Source of the DNA: Octopus vulgaris
Taxonomy: Eukaryota
Length of the DNA stretch: 64,000 bases
Assembly: GCA_951406725.2 (NCBI GenBank)
Contig: OX597825.1
Coordinates: 50,592,001 to 50,656,000 of the forward strand
Direction of reading: 5' to 3'
Position 1 is the first letter of the stretch. Every line of letters starts with the position of its first letter. Positions 27,801 through 41,980 of the stretch are shown here, in pieces. The translations under genes were made by a program, and so were the position numbers. Under the pieces are notes generated by a model. It saw only the letters and a list, made by a program, of their open reading frames with translations. It ran no database searches and had not been told where the DNA came from.

Positions 27801-28333
27801 ATGCTCCAGATAAATCTGAGTCACACTTCTATTTGCTGCTGTGTCACTTGTTCTATTTTCCGTTTTTTTAAAAAAATCCTGTCATTTTAGAAGTTATAGT
27901 TTTCAGATTGATTTTTCTCTTAGAGGGATTCAGATATGCTTAATTTGACGTTTAGGCTCAGTTTCGTTGGGAAGTTTTTTAGAATTTGTTTTTAAATGTT
28001 GGGGCGCAAATTTAATTACTTCCTCCTGCTGCACGATGTTTGCAAATCCAGGAACTTTGAATGTCTTAATTGTAGTGTCTTGATTTTTAGCTGTGTTGGG
28101 GTTAATAATGGTGGTGGTGGTAGTGGTGGGTGATGGTGGAGGTGGAGGTGGAAGTGAAAGGCTTTGATGTGTTGATCTGGCAACTTGCTTTTTCTTCATT
28201 CTGTTTTCACGCTCTTTCTTGATGTTGTTCCGTTCTGTCACTGATAATGGCAGTGGTGGTAGTAGTAGTATTACTTTCACACATCTTTTCATTTGTGTTG
28301 CTTTCATTGCTGTTGTTGCTGATATTACTATTG

Positions 28334-28628
28334 TTTATCCCCACTTAAGCGCAGATGTTCAGTTAGAACAAACTATACTGCGATAGTTACCATGGTAGAA
28401 ATTCTCATATTGGCTTTTGGTACCACATGCACTCTTATTTGCATCGCTAGCGGGAAAGAAAATCCATGGCAGCTCCAGCATTGAAGATGGCGGTGATTTA
28501 TCTCCCTGCTTTTGTGATATAAACAAGAGTGCATTTTGTATCAAAGGCCAATATGAGAATTTCTCTCATGGTATCCATAGCAGTAAAGTTTTGTTCTAAC
28601 AGAACATCCACGCTTCAGTGGGGATAAA
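28334..28628. mobile_element. Foldback MITE with ~120-bp inverted arms
   Basis: TTTATCCCCACTTAAGCG...AGAACAAA...GAAATTCTCATATTGGC...TGCACTCTT pairs with the reverse complement at the right end. Confidence 0.85.
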
Positions 28629-29014
28629 TATTACTGCGCGATATTGATACTGCCTCTGTCGTTAATAAGTATTGCTATTGTTGTTCATACATTCTCTGTT
28701 AACAGGTAATAGTGCGAAATTATTATTATATTAGCTGTTAGAACACCTAACTGATCCCTGGCTTTGCGAAGCCACAGTATTTTTTTTTATTTAGGTATAT
28801 AACTTCGGTATCAATAAGTTTCAAAAGCCGTCCCAAAAGGGCAAGAATTTCACAAAGCCAGCATATCTTAGGATGCTGGTTGGCTTAATAAGAAAATGGT
28901 AGAAAAAAAAAATTACTTATTTCAAAACAACAATATTCAGTGACAACTTATGAGTTTCAAAACGACATCTTTCTCCAACAAACATAACAACAACAACAGC
29001 AAAGACGACGACAA

Positions 29015-29230
29015 TGGTTTCAAATTTTGGCCCAAGGCCAGCAACTTCGATGGTAGGAGGTAAGTCGATTACATCGACCCCAGTGCTCAACTAATACTTA
29101 TTTTATCAACCCCGAAAGGGATGAAAGGCAAAGTCGATCTCGCCGGGATTTGAACTTGGAACGTAGAAACGGGCGAAATGCTGCTAGCGAATCATTTTCC
29201 CCGGGGTGCTAATGATTCTGCCTGCTCGCT
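29015..29230 (-). mobile_element. SINE family B
   Basis: Full-length similarity to other copies. Confidence 0.8.
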
Positions 29231-29239
29231 TTAATAATG

Positions 29240-29294
<55 letters not shown>

Positions 29295-29300
29295 TAATAA

Positions 29301-32300
29301 CCAGGTTGGTGTCTGGCGGGGTTGAGCCTGTGTCATGCTTAAGAAGGCGACTCAATAAAACCACCGATGGTTGTGCCAGCTCAACACGAACATTCTCAGG
29401 AGTGAAATTTTCAAATACAAAGATATGAAATAATGAATTGAACGAGACTAGCACGAAAAACTGTGTACAGGAGTGTAGGTGTGGACTCTCGGAGTCTTGA
29501 CTAGTAACCCACCTAGAGATGGTGTCACGATAAAAATACTGGTGGTTGCACAACCTTACAAATGCTACATCTAAACGAATGATGTCAAAATTAAATAATA
29601 ACCACAACTGCGCGGACGGAACTGTTAGCAATGAAGGTGTCGCGCACGCAGGCAAGGAGTATCTGATCAAGCTCCGGCAGGTCGTCATTTGATCAGGACC
29701 AAAATTGCAGTCAAAAGTGCAAAAGAAAAAGATGTAAACAAAATAGTAATAGACTGCTGGCTGTGAAGTGAGCCAAATAAAAGGTGATTCATGAATCGAA
29801 TGAAGAGAAAATGGCTTGAAAAAGGAGGTTTTGAGGCATCTGCGCGGTGACTGATACATCAAGCAAGAGTAATCCGTAGGAATGACTGGATTACGGGTGT
29901 AGAGATTGAAGAAAGCCAGAGAAATATAATAAAAAAAGAACAGCAGTAGCAGAAAGCAGAAATAAAGGGGTAAGAAATGAAGAGCATGAAACAGATGGAA
30001 ACCGCAGAGTACCAGAGAATACTGATAAAGTAGCTAATGAAGGCGATCTAGATGGACAAGTGACAGTAAGTATTGCACAAGATTTGAATGATGAAGAGGA
30101 GATTTTAGAAATGTTGTAAAGTAAAATATCTGTTGGGAACAACGAAGTACCACCAAATTTAATACATATGGACAGGAAACAAGTGAGGAAAGCCACAGGC
30201 AAAGTAAAAGACGTTTTAAGCTTGATTAAAACAGAAAACATGAGTGAAACAAACTAGTTAATCATAGTTGCTGCTAATATCGTAGCTAACATAGTAGGCT
30301 ATAAGCGAAAAACTGAAGATATAAAAGCAAATGGAAAGAGAGAACCAAACTGGAGGAAGAGAATACTCTTCCACCAGTTTGGTTCTTTCTTTTCATTTCT
30401 GTTTTCTGCTACTGCTGTTTCACTCTCCTTCTGTCTTCTGGAGAAGACACTGAAAGAACTGGAGCAATTGAATTGGACAATGAGAGGAGAGCTCAAGAAT
30501 AAGGTAGTAATCGGTAATTTGAGTGGACAGTACAGGTTAGAAGAAAGGGGAAATCAAACGGTATATGAAGAACTGAAACAAAAGGTGACAGCATTAAAGA
30601 CCAAATTGAAAGATATGATGCTAGATGCAAAAGGTTCGAACAGAACAGACTGTTCCAATCAAATAGAAAGCGTTTATTCGAAGAAAGAGAAGGAAGCCAA
30701 CACCAGGAAGTGAGTCCACATGCGGAAGAGTAGCGAACAAAGGTGGAAAGACAACTTGCAAATATACCAAAACAAAAGGATGTTAGAATTAATCTATAGT
30801 GTGACAGAAGTTTAAAAAATAGCAAATTGGCTGAAGAACTTTGCACAGTTGCATGAAAAGATCATTGCGGAACTGGATGACTGCCTACAGCAAGGTCACG
30901 TCCCTGCCTGGATAACAAGTGTTGGACGAACGCTTTTATTCCTCAAAGATCCCTTGAAAAGGAATTTAGCATCAAATTTTCTACCTACAACCTGTTTACC
31001 ACTAATTTGGAAGCTGATGACCTGTGTCATAAGTTATACAACCATCTGGAAAATAACAGAAAACAAAGTAGGGTAACAAAAGATCATTTATTAATTGATG
31101 AAATGATAATTAGAAATTGCAGACGCAGATTGACGGAACTGAATGTAGCAAGGCTAGATTACAAAAAAGCATCTGACATGATACCACACAGGTGAATAAG
31201 TAAAACAATAAGCATGTTTGGAATAGCAAAAAAATACGGAGAAAATGCTTAATGAAAGTATGAAACATTGGAATACTAAATTGATCGGAGGAAAATAAAA
31301 ACTCGGAAAAGTGAACATTAGACATGGAATATTCCAAGGTGACTGCTTATATCCATTACTATTCGTATTGGTCATGACACTGTTCACTATGATGCTACGA
31401 AAAGTTAAAATTGCTTACGATTTGGGAAAAGGAAATGGTCAGATAAATCATCTTTTCATGGATGATGTAAAGGTTTATGTAAAAAATGAGAAACAGCTTA
31501 AAAGTTTTGCACATACTATCCGCCTTTTCTCAAATGATATAGATATGGAATTTGGGATAGAAAAGTGCGCTATATTGTAAATGAAACGAGGAAGAATTGA
31601 AACAAGCCAGGGAACTGAAACGCCGAATGGACAAACAATGAAAGCAGTTGAGAAAGGACATGGGTATAAATACTTGGGAATACTGGAAGCAGATGAAATA
31701 AAAAGGAAAAAAATGAAACAAATTACCAGTACGGACTACACATGGAGAGTCAGAAAATTACTGCAGTCAAAGCTGAATTCCAAAACTCTTACTGAAGCAA
31801 TAAATTCAAGAGCAGTATCCTTAATCAGATTTAGAGCTGGAATTATAGAGTGGACCAGAAACGATATAAAGAAACTTGACAGAAAAACTAGGAAGTTGTT
31901 GACAATGTATGGAGCCCACCATCCAAATGCTGATATCAATTGGCTGTACTTCAGGAGAGACCAGTGTGGAAGAGGCTTAATCGTAGCAGAAGAATGTGTA
32001 CTGATGGAAAGAAAAGTCTAGTTGAGTGTTTACAGAGCAGCACAGAAAATCTATCAAAGACAGTTAACAAAGAACAAGTGATGAAATACGTAATAAGAGA
32101 AAAGGACAAGAATGAAATACAAAAGAGAACACGTCAGACAGATTGAAGAAAAATCTCTGCTTATCCAATTTTGAAGAGCCACTGAAGACGTGTGTGGAAA
32201 AAAATCCTTGGCTTAGTTAAGAAAAAAGAGCAATTAAAAAAAGAAACAGATAGCCTACTTGTAGCAGCCTAAATTCAAGCGATAAAAACAAACAACTCGA

Positions 32301-32990
32301 GAAAAAATATATATGGAGAGAATGTGTCAGAAAAATGTAGAGCTTGTGGAACTTGGAACAAGACAGCGACACACATTGTGGAATAATGTCCTAAGTTGGC
32401 ACAGGAAGTATGTAAGAAATGGAGGCACAACCATGTTGTAAATGTTATACACTTGAAACTGCCAGAAATAGTGATTTGAAGCAGGTAACACATGGTACAA
32501 TCATCGACTCGAAAGAGTACTGGAGTCGGAGAAATGTAAGATCTTGTGGGACTTTCCTATTCAAACGGACAAAAGTTAGAAAATAATAGACCAGATATAA
32601 CGATTGTAGATAAGGAAAAGTGAAGTTGCTTGCTTATCGACCAATCACGCTCGTTTGATTCCAGGATCGTAAAGAAAGAAGAAAAACAGAATAATTTAAT
32701 GTTTGAAATAGGAAGAATTTGGAGCATGCAAACAGTAAAGGTCGTGCCTATAATAATTGGTGTGTTGGGTTCAGTAAGCCAAGATTTAGGCAAATGGCTG
32801 AAAGAGATTGAAATAGAATGCCCGGTAGAGCTCCTACAGAAAGTTTGTCTCTCAGGGACATCAAGGATTATCAGGCGGGCTCTAAGCACTTAAAAGACTA
32901 CCGAAAACTTGCAGGCACGTAAGGTTACAGGTAGTAACCCGCTAACCGCATAATTCCTACTACGAATAAGACTGAGCCTGAGCCAAACTA
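29301..32990 (+). mobile_element. Near full-length decayed R4/Dong-clade non-LTR retrotransposon in a (TAA)n tract
   Basis: GRTLLFLK, LDYKKASDMIPH, GIFQGDCLYP, HLFMDDVK, FGIEKC, YKYLG, GRGL, CRAC..H..C, KILWDF, RPDI and VVPIIIGVLG (RT, CCHC, RLE). TAA repeats lie on both flanks. Confidence 0.88.
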
Positions 32991-33000
32991 AAATAATAAT

Positions 33001-33147
33001 GGTTTCAAATTTTGGCACAAGGCCAGCAAGTTCGGGGTGGATGGGTAGTCGATAACATTGACCCAAATGTTCAACTGGTAATTATTTTATCGATCCTGAG
33101 AGGATGAAAGGCTAAGTCGACCTCGGCAGAATTTGAACTCAGAACGT
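33001..33147 (-). mobile_element. SINE family B, 5'-truncated
   Basis: Tail and core present. Confidence 0.75.
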
Positions 33148-34461
33148 ACTGCATAGTATTCTTGATTTGATGTGAAGATTGGCTGCGATGTGAGAAGAAT
33201 GACATTTCAGAAGATACACATCAGCACAATAAATTTAGATGTGCTGGTGGTGGTTGTAGAGATATTTGAAGTTGTGATATTCATGTTTTAGTGACTTTGA
33301 ACAGGATACAATCCATATAATGGACATAATTAGACTTACCACAAAACACAGAATGTTATATATAAATGAATATCAAATGATAAGAGCTACAGTCTTGCTG
33401 GAAACAGAGTCTTTAGTATTATTTGCGCAATATTTTAAAGAAATCTTTGCCATGAAAGATATCAATTATCTCAATCATAGAGTTAGGTAGGAAGAAGCGA
33501 AATTATATAAATTCAGGTCGCAACTGTGCCGCAACCACATTTTTTTGTGTCTTTAGTTCAATGTAAAGCAGCGGTAGGTTGGATCCCGTAGGAAGCCATG
33601 CTTTTGGCGCTTTTATTATCTTCGTTTAGGCACAACACCAAGTGCATATTACCTGAGTATATAACTAGTATTTATGTTATTAAACCCACAGGGAGACAGT
33701 GGTAAACGTCATAAAGTAACCAGCAACATTTAGGATCAAAACACCCAGGAATGACATTATGTAAAGAATTAGGTTTGTTATATAAGGGATTGGATACCCT
33801 CTTTAAATGTCCACCGAGACATTTAAATGCGTAAATCAGGTACCTGGTTCTTGAAGAAATTCCAATATAAGATTGAAACTAATGTAGCTGAAACCTTTTA
33901 TTGTGTTTATGATATTGTATTTATAAATAAGGTGTTTACACCCGTCTATACATATTGTTTTAGCTAAAACCTATTGACATATAGTGTTATACAATATAGT
34001 ATACCAGTATACTTTCATTTATGTATGTATGTGCATACGTGTGTGTATGTGTGAATGTGTGTGCCATGACATATGTAAATACATATACATACATACATAA
34101 ACACACACACACACACACATATATATAAATAGTGAAAGAGTAAGAGAGAGGGGAGAGAGAAAGAGAGAGCGCGGAGGGGAAAGAAAGAGAAAGGAGAAAA
34201 AGGAGAAAAGGAGAGCAGAAGAGGGGTATGGGGACTTGTTGCGGAGAAACAGTAGAAATTAGCTTGAGGTGTTACCTTATTTTAAACCCCACTTATGGTG
34301 TAGAATATTGGTTTTCCTGTCCATAACACCATCATAGAAAGTCAACGTCTCCCAATAAGGATTGAAAGAAAAATAACAGAAAAAAGAATCATTGACATCG
34401 CACAGAAAAAACAGTTAACCCGGGGCTATGTAAAGTGAAGTAGGTTGTGGTATATTTAAAG

Positions 34462-34493
<32 letters not shown>

Positions 34494-35235
34494 TGTATGT
34501 ATGCATGTATGTATGTCTCTATGTCTCTCTTTCTCATATGTATGTATATATATATATATACACATACATGTGTACATTCATACAAACACATATGTATACA
34601 CACACACATATACACACATACATATCCTCTCTCCATCTTCATATACATACACTCATGTAGATATGTGTTTTCTCTTTCATTCTCTCTCTTTCTGTGTGGA
34701 TGTTTGCGTGGTTGTGCGTGTATGTATTATGTGTGTTTGTGTGTGTGTGTTTATATACCTGTTCATATACTCCTATCAAACAGGTAATAATATCAGGTAC
34801 AAGTAATAATATACGACGTAGCAGACTGCACAGTAGCACAGCAGCAAAACGTTCGACTATCTCTAACAAACCAGTGCGGCGGTTTCAATCGTTGATTGAA
34901 GCTGCTTTAAAATCTCTATATTACCCCTCGCCTGTTATTGTAAATGCTGTTGAGCATCTCTAAAACACCACAGTAAATCTAAATGTTAACCAAGAACAAG
35001 ACAGTAATAGAAATTGTTTTTAACACTGATTTAGTTTACTGAAGAGAACACAATATTTTGTGATTCACGCCCTGACTTTGGATTTATAGTGTTAATGAAA
35101 TAGTGTGTGCTTGATGCAGGCTAAGCTTTTCACTTCATTTATAAGGTATTTCTTATCACTAAGTACGAAGAGATACATTTATAGATGGAATGAATGGGAA
35201 TATATTGCCTTTAATTCGATAGTTTTCTTTTATAC

Positions 35236-35645
35236 ATTTTCTTTTACTTGTTTCAGTCTGTTGACTGCGGCCATGCTGGAGCACACCAGGACTTGTTTTT
35301 TTAAAGCCTAGTACTTATTCTAACGGTCTGTTTTGCCGAACAGCTAAGTTATGGGGACATAAATACACCCCAATATCGATTGTCAAGCGGTGATGGAGGC
35401 GGAGAAACTAACACACACACAATTACATATATATATATGTATGTATACATGCATATATATATATATATATATATAGATATAGATAACGGGTTTCTTTCAG
35501 TTCCCGTCTAACAAATCCACTCACAAGGCTTTGGTTGGCCCAAGGTTATAGAAGAAGTCACTTACCCAAGGTGCCACTCAGTGGGACTGAACCCGGAAAC
35601 ATGTGGTTGGGAAGTAATGTCTTACTACACAACCACGCCTGCGTC
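35236..35645 (-). mobile_element. SINE family A
   Basis: Reverse complement of the 1-375 / 41591 family. Confidence 0.8.
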
Positions 35646-35671
35646 TATTACAGGTAAAGGTGGACTGAATT

Positions 35672-35870
35672 GGTTTCAAATTTTCAGCAGTTTCGGGGGA
35701 GGGAGTAAGTCGATTATAACGACCCCAGTACTCAACTGGTACTTATTTTAATCGACTCCGAAAGGATGAAAAGCAAAGTTGGCCCTGGCGGCATTCGAAC
35801 ACAGAACGCAAAGACGGACGAAATGCCGCTCAGCATTTTGCCAGGCGTGGTAACGATTCTGCCAGCTTGT
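35672..35870 (-). mobile_element. SINE family B
   Basis: Core and B-box present. Confidence 0.75.
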
Positions 35871-36337
35871 TGTCTTTAATTGCGGACTGAATTTAGATCT
35901 TATTTAACCAGATCTTGAATCTTCGTCTTGGAATTCGTTCCTGTTAAATGTCTGTGCACTGAATTAGTGTTTTTAGAAAATGAAATATAAAAGTTATAGT
36001 TAAGAACAAAATTTCCTCATATGTAGGCAGTGGGGGTAAGTATTGTGTTCATGCTTTACCGAGAATGTTTTGTAGTGTAAATGATCTCCAGATGTTGTCT
36101 CTCAAAATCGACGTATTATTGCATAGATTAAAGGACCGATATACACTGAGATTGGGAGATAAACTTAATGGCCTCGAGCGAGGTTGTTCTGTTACGGTCA
36201 GTAGATGTGTTCGAAGCAGTAGACATTAAGCTATGAAATAACGTAGTTACACTAGTTGCTATGTACCTCGTCGTGTTATCAAATAATAGCCCTAAGACAC
36301 ATCAACACTGTAAACTGGATTTGCTTTAAATTATACC

Positions 36338-36567
36338 TATTTCTTTATTACCCACAAGGGGCTAAACACAGAGGGGACAAACAAGGACAGACATAGGTAT
36401 TAAGTCGATTACATCGACCCCAGTGCGTAACTGGTACTTAATTTATCGACCCCGAAAGGATGAAAGGCAAAGTCGACCACGGCGGAATTTGAACTCACAA
36501 CGTAATGCAGACGAAATACCGCTAAGCATTTCGCCCGGCGTGCTAACGTTTCTGCCAGCTCGCCGCC
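36338..36567 (-). mobile_element. Young intact family B SINE (L1/Tx1-like tail) with 13-bp TSD
   Basis: TSD TTTAAATTATACC at 36325-36337 and 36568-36580; head GGCGGCGAGCTGGCAGAA; B-box GAGTTCAAATTC. Confidence 0.9.
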
Positions 36568-37555
36568 TTTAAATTATACCGTTGAGTGCGTATATGTGGA
36601 GAGGATGGGATCCGTTAAATTAAGTTAACACTCAACCCGCATGAGTATCCTTCTCCCACTGAGTCCGTAACACATAAGTCTCTCTACGGTAGTGGCGAAC
36701 GGTAGGAAAGATGGTTTATGATACGGTAACAAAGGATGATTTGGTTACTTTAGGTAACTGGGTACATGCCCCTTTTTCTTTTCGTGTGGAGTGGGTCAGC
36801 ACCTCTTTAACGCGTCTTTTTATTTGTAGCAATGTGACTACTTTACTTGTCTCTCCACACCTCTTACACCTAAATAACGTTTTGTAGAAAGGGCATAGTT
36901 GATATTTTGAAGCTAATATAATTGGAATGGATGCTTTAAAGGCATTAGAGTTGAAATAAATGATTTGTAATGAAATGTGACATAATGCAAAGAGACGTAC
37001 TTCACTATCTTCGAAGTCATTATATTGATACCCGCCAAATAATGTTATTTAGAATTATGCATGAACACCACACAATACCATATGGCGATGAATCTAAATT
37101 TTCATTCTCATGTAAATGTAAGTCAACATCAATAATAAGGAAAGAAAAGAAGAACTCAACACCTTAGACGGAGTGAATATTAATGTCTTGGTGTTATACT
37201 TCTATCTTACAGCTTTCTCTTACCTGCGGACAAGAAACTTCAAGTAACAAAATGCTGTATACTCGAGATGTAACATATGCACATATATACATACATAATA
37301 TACATTACACGTACACATACATACATATATACATACATACATACATACATACATACATACATACATACATACATACATACACACACATATACATACACAT
37401 ATACGCATATATCTAGTATCATGGTTGATAAACAACATCCAAAATGCAGGCATTCATTACAAATACGTAGAATAATATAAATGGGCTATCGAATAGCTTA
37501 AGTTCCACATTCACACAGGTTGTATTTCTCCACATACATGTTTATAGATATTGAA

Positions 37556-37697
<142 letters not shown>

Positions 37698-37706
37698 AAA
37701 CTTCTC

Positions 37707-37784
<78 letters not shown>

Positions 37785-38836
37785 AGTGTGTGTGTATACA
37801 TACATACATACATATATATATATCCTGCGATGGACCGCCGTCTCGTCGAAAGGGTAATATAAATGCTACAGAATCTGAGAAACCGGACTTACAAACATAA
37901 AGCTCGGGAAGGACATTAGATCCTTTTTGGTATGCATATATATGTACGTACAATGGCACGCGCGCGCACACACACAAATGCGCACGCACATTTTTATGCA
38001 CACTTCATGTAAATAATTCTTATAGCATTTTGTTAAAATGCATTATTCCTTCTTTGCTGTCTCACGTGTTGAAATTTGGAGATGCTAGGAAAAATATTTT
38101 TGTTGAGACTCAAGAAAGAACAAACATGTTGGATAGAGATATCCATATTCTATCAATTGGAGAGGAGGGTATAATGGTGATGTCGGAAGAGAGTGGATAA
38201 TTTTTTGAAGAAAATATAAGGTTCAGAAAATAGAATAAAGCTAGAGAAAATCCCATGTAAGAGAATTTCAAATGTCTGGGAATATGTTTTTTAGTTCAAT
38301 AAAGGTGGTTATTTCCCCAGATCCGTAACAGGTACTTTTCAAAGTGTTTGCATTTCTTGAAAGTCCTGATGGGTGCTTTTGACTCAAAAGGTTTTGAGGA
38401 TTTTTCTTTTCTTGGGATTCACTGTCATTTTTGTAAGGCTTTTGATGATATTCAGTTTAAAGATGTATTTTTATTTTAATTGCTTGTTGTAGTCTGTTAA
38501 TTTTGGGGTCACTTTTATATATACCTAAACGAGTATGTATGGTTATAAAATCTTAGCTTAAATTTCTCTCGTCATGCGTTTGCGAGTTTTATGTAATAAA
38601 TCTAGGTTGGGTTCAAGAGAGGTGAATCATGTCCCATAAATTATGGTGCTGCAGATTATATTCAGTAATCATGTGTATGTTTTCTTGCATATCCTTGTTT
38701 ATTTCTCACCATTCCTACATACCTACCTACCTACCTGCTTACCTATTTATGTATCAAACTACCTACCAATATATTATATACCTACCTATCTAACTACCTG
38801 TCAATCAAACTGTCATTCATATTCACGTTCCTACAG

Positions 38837-38906
38837 GTGGAGCTTCTGTTAGAAATGCAAATAACAAAAATAGTACAGATAATGGTTTTAGTACATCAAA
38901 TGACGG
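38837..38906 (+). CDS. Candidate small exon (xGASVRNANNKNSTDNGFSTSND)
   Basis: TTCCTACAG acceptor, open frame, GG|GTAACT donor. Confidence 0.2.
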
Positions 38907-40232
38907 GTAACTTTTAGGAGTTGTATCTGTTAGCCTATGAGCTCCTCTCACTACCACCAAATCGTCTGCGTCCATATATAGGCGAATTTATACTAGTTGT
39001 TCTCGTATTAATTTACTTATAACTATCACTATGAAATAACTATAGATTTTACATTATATTATCAATCCTACATTATCATTGCGCATATTCATATTTACTA
39101 AAATGTTTAAGGATTTATTTAACCTAAATGGTACAGAAAAAGCTGTAACCAAATACTTAGCTATTTTATACTCCGCGACTGAAGGAAACTTCATGGATTG
39201 GATTTCCGGTTCCTCTTTCATTTGCTATATATTTAAGTGTGTGAACATGTGTCTGTCAGTCTGTCTGTATGCATGCATGAATGTATGTATGCATACGTCA
39301 CATGTTTCTCTACAGTTCCCGTGACATAAATTCACTCACAAAACATTGACTGGTAGAAGACACCACTCAATTGCCGCGACGTGGGATTGAACACAAAATT
39401 ATATGTCTGTAAAGTGAACTTCTTGACTATATGTCTATAAAGTGAACAGCTATGTCAGTGCGCGCACGCACACACACACACGCGCGCACACACACACACT
39501 CTCTCTAAAGAAGTAATACGTGTGATGAACTATATTTGTGCTGTAGCGGCGTTCGTGCATTGCTCTACCTGAGTGTCTCTACTGCTTCAGGTAAATCTGC
39601 GAAGAATAAAAGCGATAAAACATTAAGAGGTAAATAAAATGGTAAAAGAAACGGCATTGTTCCTAAAAAGTTGCAATGACAGAAATAAAAACGAAATAAC
39701 AATGTGAGAGTTAGGTGATTCCATTTGGGAAGAACTGAAGACATTATTGGAACTATTAATTTATAGAATTAGTGGCACATAAAATACCAGGTTTTGGGAT
39801 TTTATTGAAGACTTACAGCTAGGACAAGAGAAGACTATATAGAATATGGTCTGAGAAGTAAAATATACATTTACACACTCACACACACACACACATACAC
39901 ACACACGCGCACACATACACACGCACACATACACATACACACACACGCACACATACACATACACACACACGTACACATGCACACACATACACACACACGC
40001 AAACATACACATACACACACACACTCCTTGTCTCTTTTGACACACTCTCAGTCAAGTATCCCTACATACACTTATGCACATACACGCACACACAGAAACA
40101 TAAAAATACATTTATGTACACGTATCGCTATACATATATACGCACCCCCACACGCACATGTCTGTATGTCTGTCTGTCAGTCTGTATGTATGTATGTATG
40201 TATGTGTGTATGTATGTATGTATGTTTGTATG

Positions 40233-40267
<35 letters not shown>

Positions 40268-40815
40268 ATATGTGCGTATATGCATACGTACATACATATA
40301 TAAAATGAATGTGTATATGTATTTATTTTTTCTCTTTCTTTCTTTATAGGTGTGTGTGTGTCTGTTTTGTGAATACACACACACACACACACACACACAA
40401 ATGTGTGTGTATATACATAGAGAAGTAGATAAGACAAAATGAGAGAAAGAGAGATAGTGCGAGAGTGTATGCGTGTGTCTGTGTGCGTGCGCGTAGACTG
40501 CAGTGAATTGCGGTCGGTAGCAAAGTGGCTAATGTTTTATTAGTGTACCATCGCGTGTTGCTGCTACACAACACAACAGACACGTAAAATAAACCAAATT
40601 ACAAATGTCCATTGAATATTGGTAGATAGAACTAAAATAAACCATGCCACGCGCACGCGCGCACACACGGACTCACTCGCGCATACATGCACTTATATAC
40701 GAATGTACTCAGACATATACGTACATATACTTACACACATAGATATGTATATATATATATAAATATATATGCTTATATGTGTGTGTATGCGTGTATGTGC
40801 ACGTGAGTGTATATG

Positions 40816-40874
<59 letters not shown>

Positions 40875-41545
40875 ATCTATATACATATGTATATATACGC
40901 ATATAAATAAAGAGTAAAGTATATATATGAATATATACACACAGGCATATGCACGCACATATTTATATAGGTATATATTTAAATTCACATACATAGGTAT
41001 ATGCATATATTCATGCTTACATAGATATACATACATCTATATATATGAGAACCTACATATACACGTGAATATGTTTATGTGTAGAGACAATTGTATGTAT
41101 GTATTTACATTCATTGAATGAATGTATATGTATGTATACACATACAGTCATATACACTAAAGTGTACATAGACACACACATACACATACATACACAGATC
41201 AACACAAATGCATACACACACATTAAATGTGGTATACATTTATTCGTACAAATGCACATATATGAATATGTTCATCTCTATAATATAAAAGTGTGTATGT
41301 GTGTGTGTGTGTGTGTGTGAATGAGTGCGTGTGAGTATGTGTAGTCTCAGTTGTGGCTGTGTGGATAAAAAGTTCGTTTCGCAACACTAGGGTTTCGCGC
41401 TCGATCTCTATTGTGCGCAACACCTATTGTGGATCCGGGTCGAGAAATGAGTGAAATTTAGAGTGAATTTGATGCACGGAAATATGGAAAATAATTGTAT
41501 GTAAATGTGAGAGAGACTGAAAATGTATGCGCGCGCACATACACA

Positions 41546-41576
<31 letters not shown>

Positions 41577-41590
41577 TGTACACACATACA

Positions 41591-41960
41591 GGTGCAGGCG
41601 TGGCTGTGTGGTAAGAAGGTTGCTTCCCAACCATGTGGTTCCGGGTCCAGTCCTACTGCATGGCATCTCGGGCAATTGTCTTCCGCTATAGACCTGTGAA
41701 TGTATTTGGTAGACGGAAAATGAAAGAAGCCCATCGTGTATGGATATATATACATATGTCTGTGTGTCTGTGTTCGTCCCCCACCACCATCGCTTCACAA
41801 CCGATATTGGTGTGTTTACATCCCCGTAACTAGTAGTTCGGCAAATGTGGCGGATAAAATAAGTACTAGGCTTACAAAGAATAAGTCCTAGGCTCGCAAT
41901 TTTCGACTAAAGGTGGGGCTCCAGCATGGCTGCAGTCAAATGACTGAAACGAGTAAAAGA
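41591..41960 (+). mobile_element. Full-length SINE family A
   Basis: A-box TGGCTGTGTGG, B-box-like GGTTCCGGGTCCAGTCC, family tail. Confidence 0.85.
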
Positions 41961-41980
41961 AAAAAAGAATAAAAGAATTA

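Noticed and set aside
34784-34963. Plus-strand open frame VIISGTSNN...VEHL as a terminal exon
   Set aside because: No recognisable motif or partner exon; insufficient support.
36500-36567. tRNA gene
   Set aside because: The A/B boxes belong to SINE heads; no complete cloverleaf.
37823-37862. CUGCGAUG-GAC...GUC-GAAA hammerhead-like string
   Set aside because: Core is missing a base, and stem I relies on a microsatellite.
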